From positions 34,215,042 through 34,235,683 of the forward strand of contig NC_057719.1 of assembly GCF_004010195.1 (NCBI RefSeq): a stretch of 20,642 bases of DNA, read 5' to 3'. Positions within the stretch are counted from its first letter, which is position 1. Each line of letters starts with the position of its first letter. The position numbers were made by a program, and so were the translations under genes. The DNA comes from Chiloscyllium plagiosum. Its lineage: Eukaryota. The notes under the pieces are model-generated. The model saw only the letters and a program-made list of their open reading frames with translations. It ran no database searches and was not told the DNA's origin. Of the stretch, positions 11,270 to 20,642 are shown piece by piece.

Positions 11270-12497
11270 CAGCCCAGCGATCCAACTAAATACTTCTTAA
11301 ATATTATGAGGGTTACTGCCTCTACCACCCTAACAGGCAATGAATTCTAGATTCCCATCACCCCTCTGAATAAAAAAAAATTCCTCCATACATTCCTTCC
11401 AAACTTCCTGCACCTTCCCTTAAATCGATGGTCCCTAGTCATTGGATTCCTTCATCAAATGGGAAAATGTTGCTTCCAGTCTCCCCTATCAATGCCCTTC
11501 AATTTTATCCATCTTAATCATGTCCACCTTCAGGCTCCTCTGCTCCAAAGAAAGCCACCCCAGTCAACTCAATCTCTCTTCATCATTAAAACGCTCCAGC
11601 CTAGGCAACATTCAGTGCAACCACATCCATCATATAATGTGGATTCCAGAACTGCACACAATACGTTAGCTGTGGCCCAACCAACATTTTATGCAGCTCC
11701 AGTGTCCTATTAAAATTGGTCTTCCCCCAGTTTAGAACTGTGATTATAGCTCCTTCCTTGCCCTCTTCCATAACAATCTTGAATCTAATGGGTTTATGAT
11801 TGATATCTGCAAATATTCCTTCATTGATACTTCAACTACTTGCTTGGTTTCATTGCCAAAAATTAAATCACAGGACAGCCCCTTCTCTTGTCGGGCCTAT
11901 TACCTACTGGCTTAAAAAAAGACTTCCGGGATGCATTTTAGAAATTCCATTCTCTGGAAATCTTCCACACTTTGACTATTCCAGTTACTATCATGGCCCT
12001 ATTAGTTTTACACTTCTCTGAAATTTGACTATGTACCTGCTCTTTTATTTCTTTCAGACTGTTAGTACAATCCCAGCAATGTGATTATCATTTTATTTGA
12101 GGAGTTTTCTAAGATGTCAACAATCCTTACTGCTGGAGTTGACTCCAAGATCAATACTGCAATATCCCCTCCTCTTTTATCTTATTCTTTGTCACACCTG
12201 AAGACCCGATATCTTGGAATATGGAGCTACCAATCCTGCCCCTCTCTCTATCATATATCAGTGGCTGCAATGACAATATTGCTTTATGTTTTATTCTGAG
12301 CCCACAACTTTTTTGCCTTGTTCATTAAACTAAATTCCATTTAACTTTGCCAAACTCCCTTGTGCCTTTACTGACCTATAATTTCTATGCCTTCTTGACT
12401 CACTTGCTGTCTCTTTTAATTTTGGCTGTTCATCTCCTCCTGCTGAACCTTTGCTCAGGATTCAAATAGCCTGCCAGGTTAGTTTAAATTCTCCCCA
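11270..12497 (-). mobile_element. Old CR1 LINE remnant: ORF1 end and endonuclease joined to the ORF2 C-terminus, RT absent
   Basis: Minus strand: GENLN* (ORF1 end, ~12480-12497), EGQDW*LHIPRYRVFRCD..KRGG (endonuclease N-terminus), PTREGAVL (~11875-11897), IRFKIVME and VLNWG (~11725-11790), then directly NSLPVRVVEAVTLIIFKKYL (~11285-11345). Confidence 0.75.
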
Positions 12498-12507
12498 AAA
12501 ATATGAG

Positions 12508-14040
12508 TCAGGTGTACCCTAGACCTCTGTGGGAAGCTAGAGAACTGATTGCTGGGCCTCTTGCTGAGATATTTGTATCATTGATAGTCACAGGTGAGGT
12601 GCTGGAAGATTGGAGGTTGGCTAACATGGTTTGAGAAGGGGGGTAAGGACAAGCCAGGGAACTATAGAGCAGTGAGCCTGACATCGGAGTTGTCGGAGGG
12701 AATCCTGAGGGACAGGATGTACATGTATTTGGCAAGGCAAGGACTTATTAGGGATAGTCAACATGGCTTTGTGCATGGGAAATCATGTCTCACAAACTTG
12801 ATTGAGTTTTTTGAAGAAGTAACAAAGAGGATTGATGAGGACAGAGCAGTAGATGTGATCTATATGGACTTCAGTAAGTCGTTCGACAAGGTTCCCCATT
12901 GGAGTCTGGTTAGCAAGGTTAGATCTCATGGATTACAGAAAGAAGTAGCGATTTGGATACAGAACTGGCTCAAAGGTAGAAGACAGAGGGTGGTGGTGGA
13001 GGGTTGTTTTCCAGATTAGAGGCCTTTGAACAGTGGAGTGCCACAAGGATCTGTGCTGGGTCCTCTACTTTTTGTCATTTACATAAATAATTTGGATGCA
13101 AGCATAAGAGGTACAGTTAGTAAGTTTGCAGATGACACCAAAATTGGAGGTGTAGTGGACAGCGAAGAGGGTTACCTCAGATTACAACAGGATCTTGACC
13201 AGATGGGCCAATGGGCTGAGAAGTGGCAGATAGAGTTTAATTCAGATAAATGCAAGGTGCTGCATTTTGGGAAAGCAAATCTTAGCAGGACTTATACACT
13301 TAATGGTAAGGTCCTAAGGAGTGTTGCTGAACAAAGAGACCTTGGAGTGCAGGTTCACAGATCCTTGAAAGTGAAGTCACAGGTAGATAGGATAGTGAAG
13401 TAGGCGTTTGGTATGCTTTCTTTTGTTGGTCAGAGTATCGAGTACAGGAGTAGGGAGGTCATATTGCAGCTGTACAGGACATTGGTTAGGCCTCTGTTGG
13501 AATATTGCGTGCAATTCTGGTCTCCTTCCTATCAGAAAGGTGTTGTGAAACTTGAAAGGGTTCAGAAAAGATTTACAAGGATGTTGCCAGGGTTGGAGAA
13601 TTTGAGCTATAGGGAGAGGCTGAACAAGCTGGGGCCTTTTTCCCTGGAACGTCGGACGCTGGGGGGTGACCTTATAGAAGTTTATAAAATTATGAGGGGA
13701 ATGGATAGGATAAATAGACAAAGTCTTTTCCCTGGGGTTGGGGAGTCCAGAACTAGAGGGCATAGGTTTTGGGTGAGAGGGGAAAGATCTAAAAGAGACC
13801 TAAAGGGCAACGTTTTCACACAGAGGGCGGTACGTGTATGGAATGAGCTGCCAGAGGAAGTGGCTGGTATAATTGCAACATTTAAAAGGCATTTGGATGG
13901 CTATATGAATAGGAAGGATTTGGAGGGATGTGGGCCAGGTGTTGGCAGACGAGACTAGGTTGGGTTGGGATATCTGGTTGGCATGGACAGGATGGACCAA
14001 AGAATCTGTTTCCATACTGTACATGTCTATGACTCTATGA
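12508..14040 (+). mobile_element. CR1 (HER1-like) LINE, RT to 3' end, 5'-truncated and disrupted
   Basis: PGNYRAVSLTS, SQHGFVHGKSCLTNL, DFSKSFDKVPH, GVPQGSVLGPLLF, KFADDTK and LEYCVQFWSP. Stops at 13017-13019 and 13401-13403. Tail ctatgactctatga. Confidence 0.97.
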
Positions 14041-14682
14041 GTGAGCCTCACGTTATACATATTGGCCCCATTCTGGTTCAGGTGCAACCTGCCACAGACT
14101 TGCCTACCAATGGACTTCAAGGTGTATATAGCCACTGAGCCTCAGAGTGGGAAGTCCCACACAGAAGCTGAAGAACACATGGGTAAAGGTGCATGGTAGA
14201 ATAAATGGTCAGCAAAAGGAAGAAATTCATCAGTCTCAGTAAGTAAATTATTAAAGAAACAAATGTACTTACATAGTTGGAGGATTAATGAGCATTCAGA
14301 AAATAAATTGACAGCAAGTTTATGAAGAAACAAAGCACGGTGTAGGCTACAAAGGAACTCCACTGGCAGAAGTCCATCACAGCCAAACCAAAGACAGAGT
14401 TTGGGGTAAGGCTGCAGAAGCAGCTGACAAACTTAAACACCGACCACAGCAAACTGGGAGAGTTCCACCTGTAGTGAATCTTGAAAAGGAACAAATATTA
14501 TTTGTGAGATTGAGGAGGAGAGTTAAAGTGGGAAGGAAGTAGGTTACAGGCAAAATGTGCTGCCTGAAAATAAAAGAAGCATAATGATTCCTCTCCCAGA
14601 TATCTGAGGATGGAATGGAACAAACCTTGAAAACGTAACTAAAACCAAAAATTCCAAAACATGACACTGCACTGAAGGTTGC
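12821..14682 (+). repeat. Left arm of ~1.86 kb inverted duplication
   Basis: Reverse complement of 16698-18549; in the core, position x pairs with 31371-x. Includes CR1 sequence plus ~640 bp of non-CR1 flank. Confidence 0.98.
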
Positions 14683-15535
14683 TTGATGGGCTTGAACAAA
14701 CACACTCACTCTGTCAGGATCCACAAAAATATTTCAACAGCTACCTTTAGCTTCTTTGGCTTCATCCCTGTTAATTGGTCAGGGCCTGCACCAGGTAGGA
14801 CCTGAAATGTCCCAGCTAAGCATTGCAGTCAGAACTCTTGCCCCATCACGAGGTCCCACTTTCTAAATTATAAGGCGTTTATTTTAGAAAAGGCAGGTAC
14901 TTCAGGATCCCAGCAGAGGCTCCCTCTCTAAATGTAGTGGGATATAATACCAGTGTTACCGGCCCATTGGATCACTCATCCTATTCTGAGGCTGTTACTT
15001 TCCTGTTAACAGCAGGCTATGATATTGAGCCATGACTGGGACTGAAGTTAATTGGTCTTAGTGGGCAGATGGTCTGTATGTCTATCCAAGATATTGCTGT
15101 TAACAGCAAGATTAATGCTTAATTTTGAAAGGATTTTACTTAGGCATCATTTGAACCATTTATTTGGCACTTGATGTGAAGGGGTGAGCACTGATGCATA
15201 GGTAGATAATTGGAGCAGGGTAACACTATTACACATCTACATCCTCACTCGAATTGTAAAATGCTGCTGGAATGTGTCCTTGACTTGGCAGCACTTACAT
15301 AATATTTTCAAGTCTCTTCCTGAAGGCAGCTTTTCAGTCAGGCGTGGCTCACATATCAGTCAAATGGCATTTTAAGAAACTGAGTGAGAGCAATATAACA
15401 GTATTTTTTTGCCCAAGTGCCACTCATTTCTAAAACAAAAGCAATAAATATGGGTAACTCACTTCTCGACTTTATGTTGTCTCATTTAAAAAAAAGTCTG
15501 ACTATGATTGTGAATTGACTGTTGCTGTGCAATTA

Positions 15536-15725
15536 GGAGGAAGTGAGGACTGCAGATGCTGGAGATCAGATTCGAGAATGTGGTGCTGGAAAAGCCCAGC
15601 AGGTCATTCAGCATCCGACGAGCAGGGAAATCGATGAAGTGCTTATGCCCGAAACATCGATTCTCCTGGTCCTCCAATGCTGCATGAGCTGCTGTGCTTT
15701 TCCAGCACCACACTTTTGACTCTTA
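15536..15725. mobile_element. 190 bp fold-back element made of two inverted Penelope termini, with a 10 bp TSD
   Basis: TGTGCAATTA at 15526-15535 and 15726-15735. Arms 15569-15636 and 15655-15722 are 55/68 complementary. The loop carries hammerhead stem II and GAAA. Confidence 0.85.
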
Positions 15726-15733
15726 TGTGCAAT

Positions 15734-15772
15734 TAACAGGTCAGATTCTGCAAGTAACAGGTCAGATTCTGC
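15734..15772 (+). repeat. Short tandem duplication (18 bp, period 21)
   Basis: taacaggtcagattctgc at 15734-15751 and 15755-15772. Confidence 0.9.
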
Positions 15773-16697
15773 CATTAGCTGTCTGTATAAAAAAATGATC
15801 AAAACATTAAGGTGAATTTACTGTCACACAATGATAAAATGGACAGTTTTGAATTTGCACAGGGTCACACGTTCCATTGTTGTTGGGGCTACAAAGCTCT
15901 CCAACTGTGTAGGAGCCTAAGTTCCAAGCTATTATGGGCAATCTTGAGTATATGCAGCCCACATAAGCCATTGAAACTTGATCTAGGAGAATGAGTCACT
16001 TGCAGAAGTGCTGGCAGAAATTCTGTCCTGCTGCAACAACATGGATACTGAGGAGATTCAACCTTATATTCACTACAAACATCAATTATTGATTTTTGAA
16101 ATTAATTTAGATTCTGCAGTAATGTGGGAATATCAGTATCAGGAAATGAAATGCTTCCACCTTGGCAGTTAGCTTCAGCATCACATTTTCTTATGTTTTT
16201 ATGTAGAATAGGTGCAGAGCAATTACCTCACTGCAACACTTTAACGTGCTGTAATTAAAATCTTGGGAACATTTACTTTTGGACTAATGATGCATTTTTA
16301 CACATTTGTAAAATTTCTTTGACTGAGAATGTTGAATTCATGCAAACTCTTGGGATAAGGTATTTTCTTATGAGTGACATTAACAAAATGTACACCAAGG
16401 TGACCAGTTCATATGAGTGTTTATGACATAATTGAATCATTGCATAATTTGCTTGCCCTGATATCTGATCATGTTAATGTAATACATCTAACACTTCAAC
16501 TGTTTGAGAAAATATTTTGGCATGTTTTTCTTTGATACATATTCAGAAGTCTGAGTTATGTACATCAGAGGTTCTTTATTGTTTGAGAGCATACATCTTA
16601 AATGTGATATTTTGTCATCTTAATCGGAATGTGTGCTTTGCTTTTTTTAACCCTATTTTTAAATGTCTTTACAAATCGAGTTTAGAAACTGGTTTAT

Positions 16698-18549
16698 GCA
16701 ACATTCAGTGCAGTGTCATGTTTTGGACTGTTTAGTTTTAGTTAAGTTTTCAAAGTATGTTCCTAAGATATCTGGGAGAGGAATCATTATGCTTCTTTTA
16801 TTTTCAGGCAGCACATTTTGCCTGTAACCTACTTCCTTCCCACTTTAACTCTCCTCCTCAATCTCACAAATAATATTTGTTCCTTTTCAAGATTCACTAC
16901 AGGTGGAACTCTCCCAGTTTGCTGGGGTCTGTGTTTAAGTTTGTCAGCTGCTTCTGCAGCCTTACCCCAAACTCTGTCTTTGGTTTGGCTGTGATGGACC
17001 TCTGCCAGTGGAGTTCCTTTGTAGCCTGCACCGTACTTTGTTTCTTCATAAACTTGCTGTCAATTTATTTTCTGAATGCTCATTAATCCTCCAACTATGT
17101 AAGTACATTTGTTTCTTTAATAATTTACTTACTGAGACTGATGAATTTCTTCCTTTTGCTGACCATATATTCTACCATGCACCTTTACCCATGTGTTCTT
17201 CAGCTTCTGTGTGGGACTTCCCACTCTGAGGCTCAGTGGCTGTATACACCTTGAAGTCCATTGGTAGGCAAGTCTGTGGCAGGTTGCACCTGAACCAGAA
17301 TGGGGCCAATATGTATAACGTGAGGCTCACTCATAGAGTCATAGACATGTACAGTATGGAAACAGATTCTTTGGTCCATCCTGTCCATGCCAACCAGATA
17401 TCCCAACCCAACCTAGTCTCGTCTGCCAACACCTGGCCCACATCCCTCCAAATCCTTCCTATTCATATAGCCATCCAAATGCCTTTTAAATGTTGCAATT
17501 ATACCAGCCACTTCCTCTGGCAGCTCATTCCATACACGTACCGCCCTCTGTGTGAAAACGTTGCCCTTTAGGTCTCTTTTAGATCTTTCCCCTCTCACCC
17601 AAAACCTATGCCCTCTAGTTCTGGACTCCCCAACCCCAGGGAAAAGACTTTGTCTATTTATCCTATCCATTCCCCTCATAATTTTATAAACTTCTATAAG
17701 GTCACCCCCCAGCGTCCGACGTTCCAGGGAAAAAGGCCCCAGCTTGTTCAGCCTCTCCCTATAGCTCAAATTCTCCAACCCTGGCAACATCCTTGTAAAT
17801 CTTTTCTGAACCCTTTCAAGTTTCACAACACCTTTCTGATAGGAAGGAGACCAGAATTGCACGCAATATTCCAACAGAGGCCTAACCAATGTCCTGTACA
17901 GCTGCAATATGACCTCCCTACTCCTGTACTCGATACTCTGACCAACAAAAGAAAGCATACCAAACGCCTACTTCACTATCCTATCTACCTGTGACTTCAC
18001 TTTCAAGGATCTGTGAACCTGCACTCCAAGGTCTCTTTGTTCAGCAACACTCCTTAGGACCTTACCATTAAGTGTATAAGTCCTGCTAAGATTTGCTTTC
18101 CCAAAATGCAGCACCTTGCATTTATCTGAATTAAACTCCATCTGCCACTTCTCAGCCCATTGGCCCATCTGGTCAAGATCCTCTTGTAATCTGAGGTAAC
18201 CTTCTTCGCTGTCCACTACACCTCCAATTTTGGTGTCATCTGCAAACTTACTAACTGTACCTCTTATGCTCGCATCCAGATCATTTATGTAAATGACAAA
18301 AAGTAGAGGGCCCAGCACAGATCCTTGTGGCACTCCACTGTTCACAGGCCTCCAGTCTGAAAAACAACCCTCCACCACCACCCTCTGTCTTCTACATTTG
18401 AGCCAGTTCTGTATCCAAATGGTAGTTCTCCCTGTATTCCATGAGATCTAACCTTGCTAATCAGTCTCCCATGGGGAACCTTCTCGAACGACTTACTGAA
18501 GTCCATATAGATCACATCTACCGCTCTGCCCTCATCAATCTTTTTTGTT
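16698..18549 (-). repeat. Right arm of ~1.86 kb inverted duplication
   Basis: Reverse complement of 12821-14682. The 181 aa and 128 aa ORFs are identical and mirrored. Confidence 0.98.
17331..18549 (-). mobile_element. CR1 LINE copy within the right arm
   Basis: DFSKSFEKVPH, GVPQGSVLGPLLF and KFADDTK. It has the same premature stop and tail as 12508-14040. Confidence 0.97.
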
Positions 18550-18645
18550 GGATGGAAGCAATGCAACATGAACACTAACCCCTTCAGAACCATAACCTTA
18601 AACAATATAAATGATACCGAAATAAGAAACAAAGTCAATTTGTCT

Positions 18646-18709
18646 AAAATGGAAATGTAGGAAATATTCAGGAGGTCAGGCAGCATTCATGGAGAGACAA
18701 ACAGAGTTA
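18646..18709 (-). mobile_element. Short decayed Penelope-terminus-like fragment
   Basis: ggaaatattcaggaggtcaggcagcattcatggagagacaaacagagtta resembles 19926-19990 and the aggtcaggcagc motif of the other termini. Confidence 0.55.
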
Positions 18710-19324
18710 TTGGGGGATTTGGGGAATAAGCTTATTTGGGCTTATTTGCAGAAGAGGGGCATGTTAAATAAAATTAGTGGCTAGTTCACTTCACTCTCAA
18801 CCAGCTACAAGCTGTTGGCTATAAAACAGGGGATGATAATATGAAATCCACACAGCTTTAAGCCTTTTAATAAGATCTTTAAATGGCCAATTAATGGCCA
18901 GATAAGGGTTTCATTCCGTCTCCACTGAAAAAATATGTGTGGTTAGGGAATGTGGAATAGAATCCTTTTGTAACTTGAGGTAAAAGGTGGAGGGGATACC
19001 TCCTTTGAAGAGGTTCTCTGTGTCCATCAGGGCATGTGCAAACCCTCTCCAAAGCTATCACAACCATGTGCTTCCCTGCTCTACCCACCAAACATCTGCT
19101 TCCACCACCTTCACTGGATTGCTTTCCTACAGGGTTGGGGAGGATGGGAGGTGATCAAACATACAAGGTAAATTCATCCCAACTTTTCAAGTCAATATCT
19201 TCTCATGAGAACATTGATAAATTATCTTTCAAGTGAAACTCTCTCACCCAACATAGGTGTATGTATATGCCGCTTTTGGGCATCTATCCCAGAATCCTGG
19301 ACACTAGCACCACCTTTGATCACA

Positions 19325-19601
19325 GCACGGTGGCTCAGTGGTCAACACTGCTGCCTCACAGCGCCAGGGTCCCAGGTTCAATTCCAGCCTTGAGCGCGAC
19401 TGTCTGTGTTGAGTTTGCACATTCTCCCTGTGTCTGCATGGGATTTCTCCCACATTTAAAGATGTGCAGGTCAGGTGAATTGGCTATGCTAAATTTTCCA
19501 TAGTGTTAGGTGCATTAGTCAGAGGGTGGTGTGTTATACTTCAGAGGGTTAGTGTAGGCTTGTTGGGCGGAAGGGCCTGTTTCCACACTGTAGGGAATCT
19601 A
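19325..19601 (+). mobile_element. HE1-type SINE
   Basis: A-box tggctcagtgg, B-box ggttcaattcc, HE1 core, 3' end gaagggcctgtttccacactgtagggaatctaatc. Candidate TSD ATCACA at 19319-19324 and 19602-19607. Confidence 0.93.
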
Positions 19602-19925
19602 ATCACACCAACTCTGCACTCAATCAAACATTGGCAGTCTGGAGTTACCTTTCACTGTGCAGGTAATAGAGCAGCATCCATAATCCAATGCTTCTCATGG
19701 CTGTTACAACATGGAGATAGCAAGCCAAATCAAATCAACCTCTCAATGCAGTGAATTTACAAAACAGTGAAACAGTGAAACTAAAACATTCAATGATCCT
19801 TGAAAATGGCCCAATCATTCCTAACCAGATCTTAGACACCGAGTTTATAACAAACAAAAATAAACAATTTATCGCTAATAATGTAAATTTAGCATAGCAC
19901 AGATAACAATAAGATAATCTAATTC

Positions 19926-20019
19926 AAAATCAGAAATTGCTGAAAAATCTCAGTAGGTCTGGAAGCATCCATGGAGAGAAAGACAGTTAATGTTTTGGGT
20001 TCAGTGACCGTTCTTCAGA
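19926..20019 (-). mobile_element. Solo Penelope-type terminus with a degenerate hammerhead motif
   Basis: Minus strand reads CTGAAGA-ac-ggtcactgaacc-c-AAAAC-attaactgtctttctctccatggatgcttccagacctactgag, i.e. CUGANGA, stem II, and GAAA mutated to AAAA. Confidence 0.65.
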
Positions 20020-20507
20020 TAACCTAATTAATATCTACTTTCTAACGTGAAATCTCCTTTAATCATAACCTTCACACTCACACAGACAGACAAACACAGT
20101 TAAGGAATAATTTTTTTAAAAAACTAAAAGAATCAAAACTTACCAGTTGAATAGATAGTTTCCAATGATTGTTACTAGGTCTTCATGTAATCCTTGGACA
20201 ATGAGTTACTCACAGGCCAGTAGAACTGCATATTTTGATTGAATTCTGAAGTCACTCATTAATGTAAACAGTTTCAGCGGACATCTAGAAGTATTTACTT
20301 ATTTTTGCAAGTTAGGATTTTTTTTCTCAGAACCTTCAACAATTCAATAATGGGAGAGAATCTAGAGAAGGCAAACAAAAACAGCACGTCACCAGAAAAT
20401 GATAAAAATCATACTGCCTCCTGCCAACCCAGTCAGAACCATTTCTCTATTGATTGTCCCTCTTTTCAATCACCATTCTCTATGATTGGCTGGCTAGCAC
20501 CATCATT

Positions 20508-20642
20508 GGGGGAGGGGCATTGGGAATGCAATAGGTGGAAGGAGGTTAAGGTGAGGGTGATAGGCCGGAGAGGGGGTGGGGGCGGAGAGGTCAGGAAGAA
20601 GATTGCAGGTCAAGAAGGTGGTGCTGAGTCCGAGGGTTGGGA
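20508..20642 (-). mobile_element. Penelope-like 3' region running off the window
   Basis: Purine-rich plus strand (aatgcaataggtggaaggaggttaaggtgagggtgatagg...) resembles 4040-4150 and the reverse complement of 6290-6330. Confidence 0.65.

Noticed and set aside
13413..13958. 181 aa ORF, identical at 17413-17958, as a conserved gene
   Set aside because: It is the CR1 ORF2 C-terminus downstream of a premature stop. Identity extends to non-coding flank, so it reflects duplication or conversion, not protein-level selection.
14041..14682. Coding content in the non-CR1 part of the palindrome arms
   Set aside because: Only short ORFs with no recognisable domain or clear splice structure.
19325..19390. 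tRNA gene (A and B boxes), also at 4720-4785
   Set aside because: These are tRNA-derived SINE heads continuing into the HE1 core and LINE-like tail; no convincing cloverleaf.
19760..20500. Possible minus-strand LTR remnant
   Set aside because: Only a compositional impression; no termini or TSD identified.
1..20642. CRISPR array or prokaryotic operon/defence system
   Set aside because: No regularly spaced repeat-spacer array and no dense gene organisation; the content is vertebrate repeats.

Overview
Repeat-rich vertebrate non-coding DNA, most likely from a cartilaginous fish (shark), judged by HE1-type SINEs, CR1/HER1 LINEs and shark-type Penelope termini. I found no intact host gene; the longer ORFs are pieces of decayed retroelements. 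Contents: an ERV/LTR-like remnant (gag MHR-like and zinc-knuckle relics, PPT, 3' LTR) with a near-perfect inverted copy of part of its LTR; four CR1 fragments; a Penelope-like element with an inverted terminus and a nested HE1 SINE; a probable solo LTR; a decayed Harbinger-like Myb/SANT gene; a Rex1/Babar 3' fragment; several Penelope termini, some with hammerhead ribozyme relics; and a second HE1. The most notable structure is a ~5.7 kb palindrome (arms 12821-14682 and 16698-18549). Its arms are identical over 896 bp in the middle but ~9% or more divergent at both ends, which suggests arm-to-arm gene conversion. Its spacer holds a 190 bp fold-back Penelope/hammerhead-derived insertion with a perfect 10 bp TSD. 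Family assignments come from motif recognition and manual alignment, not database searches.
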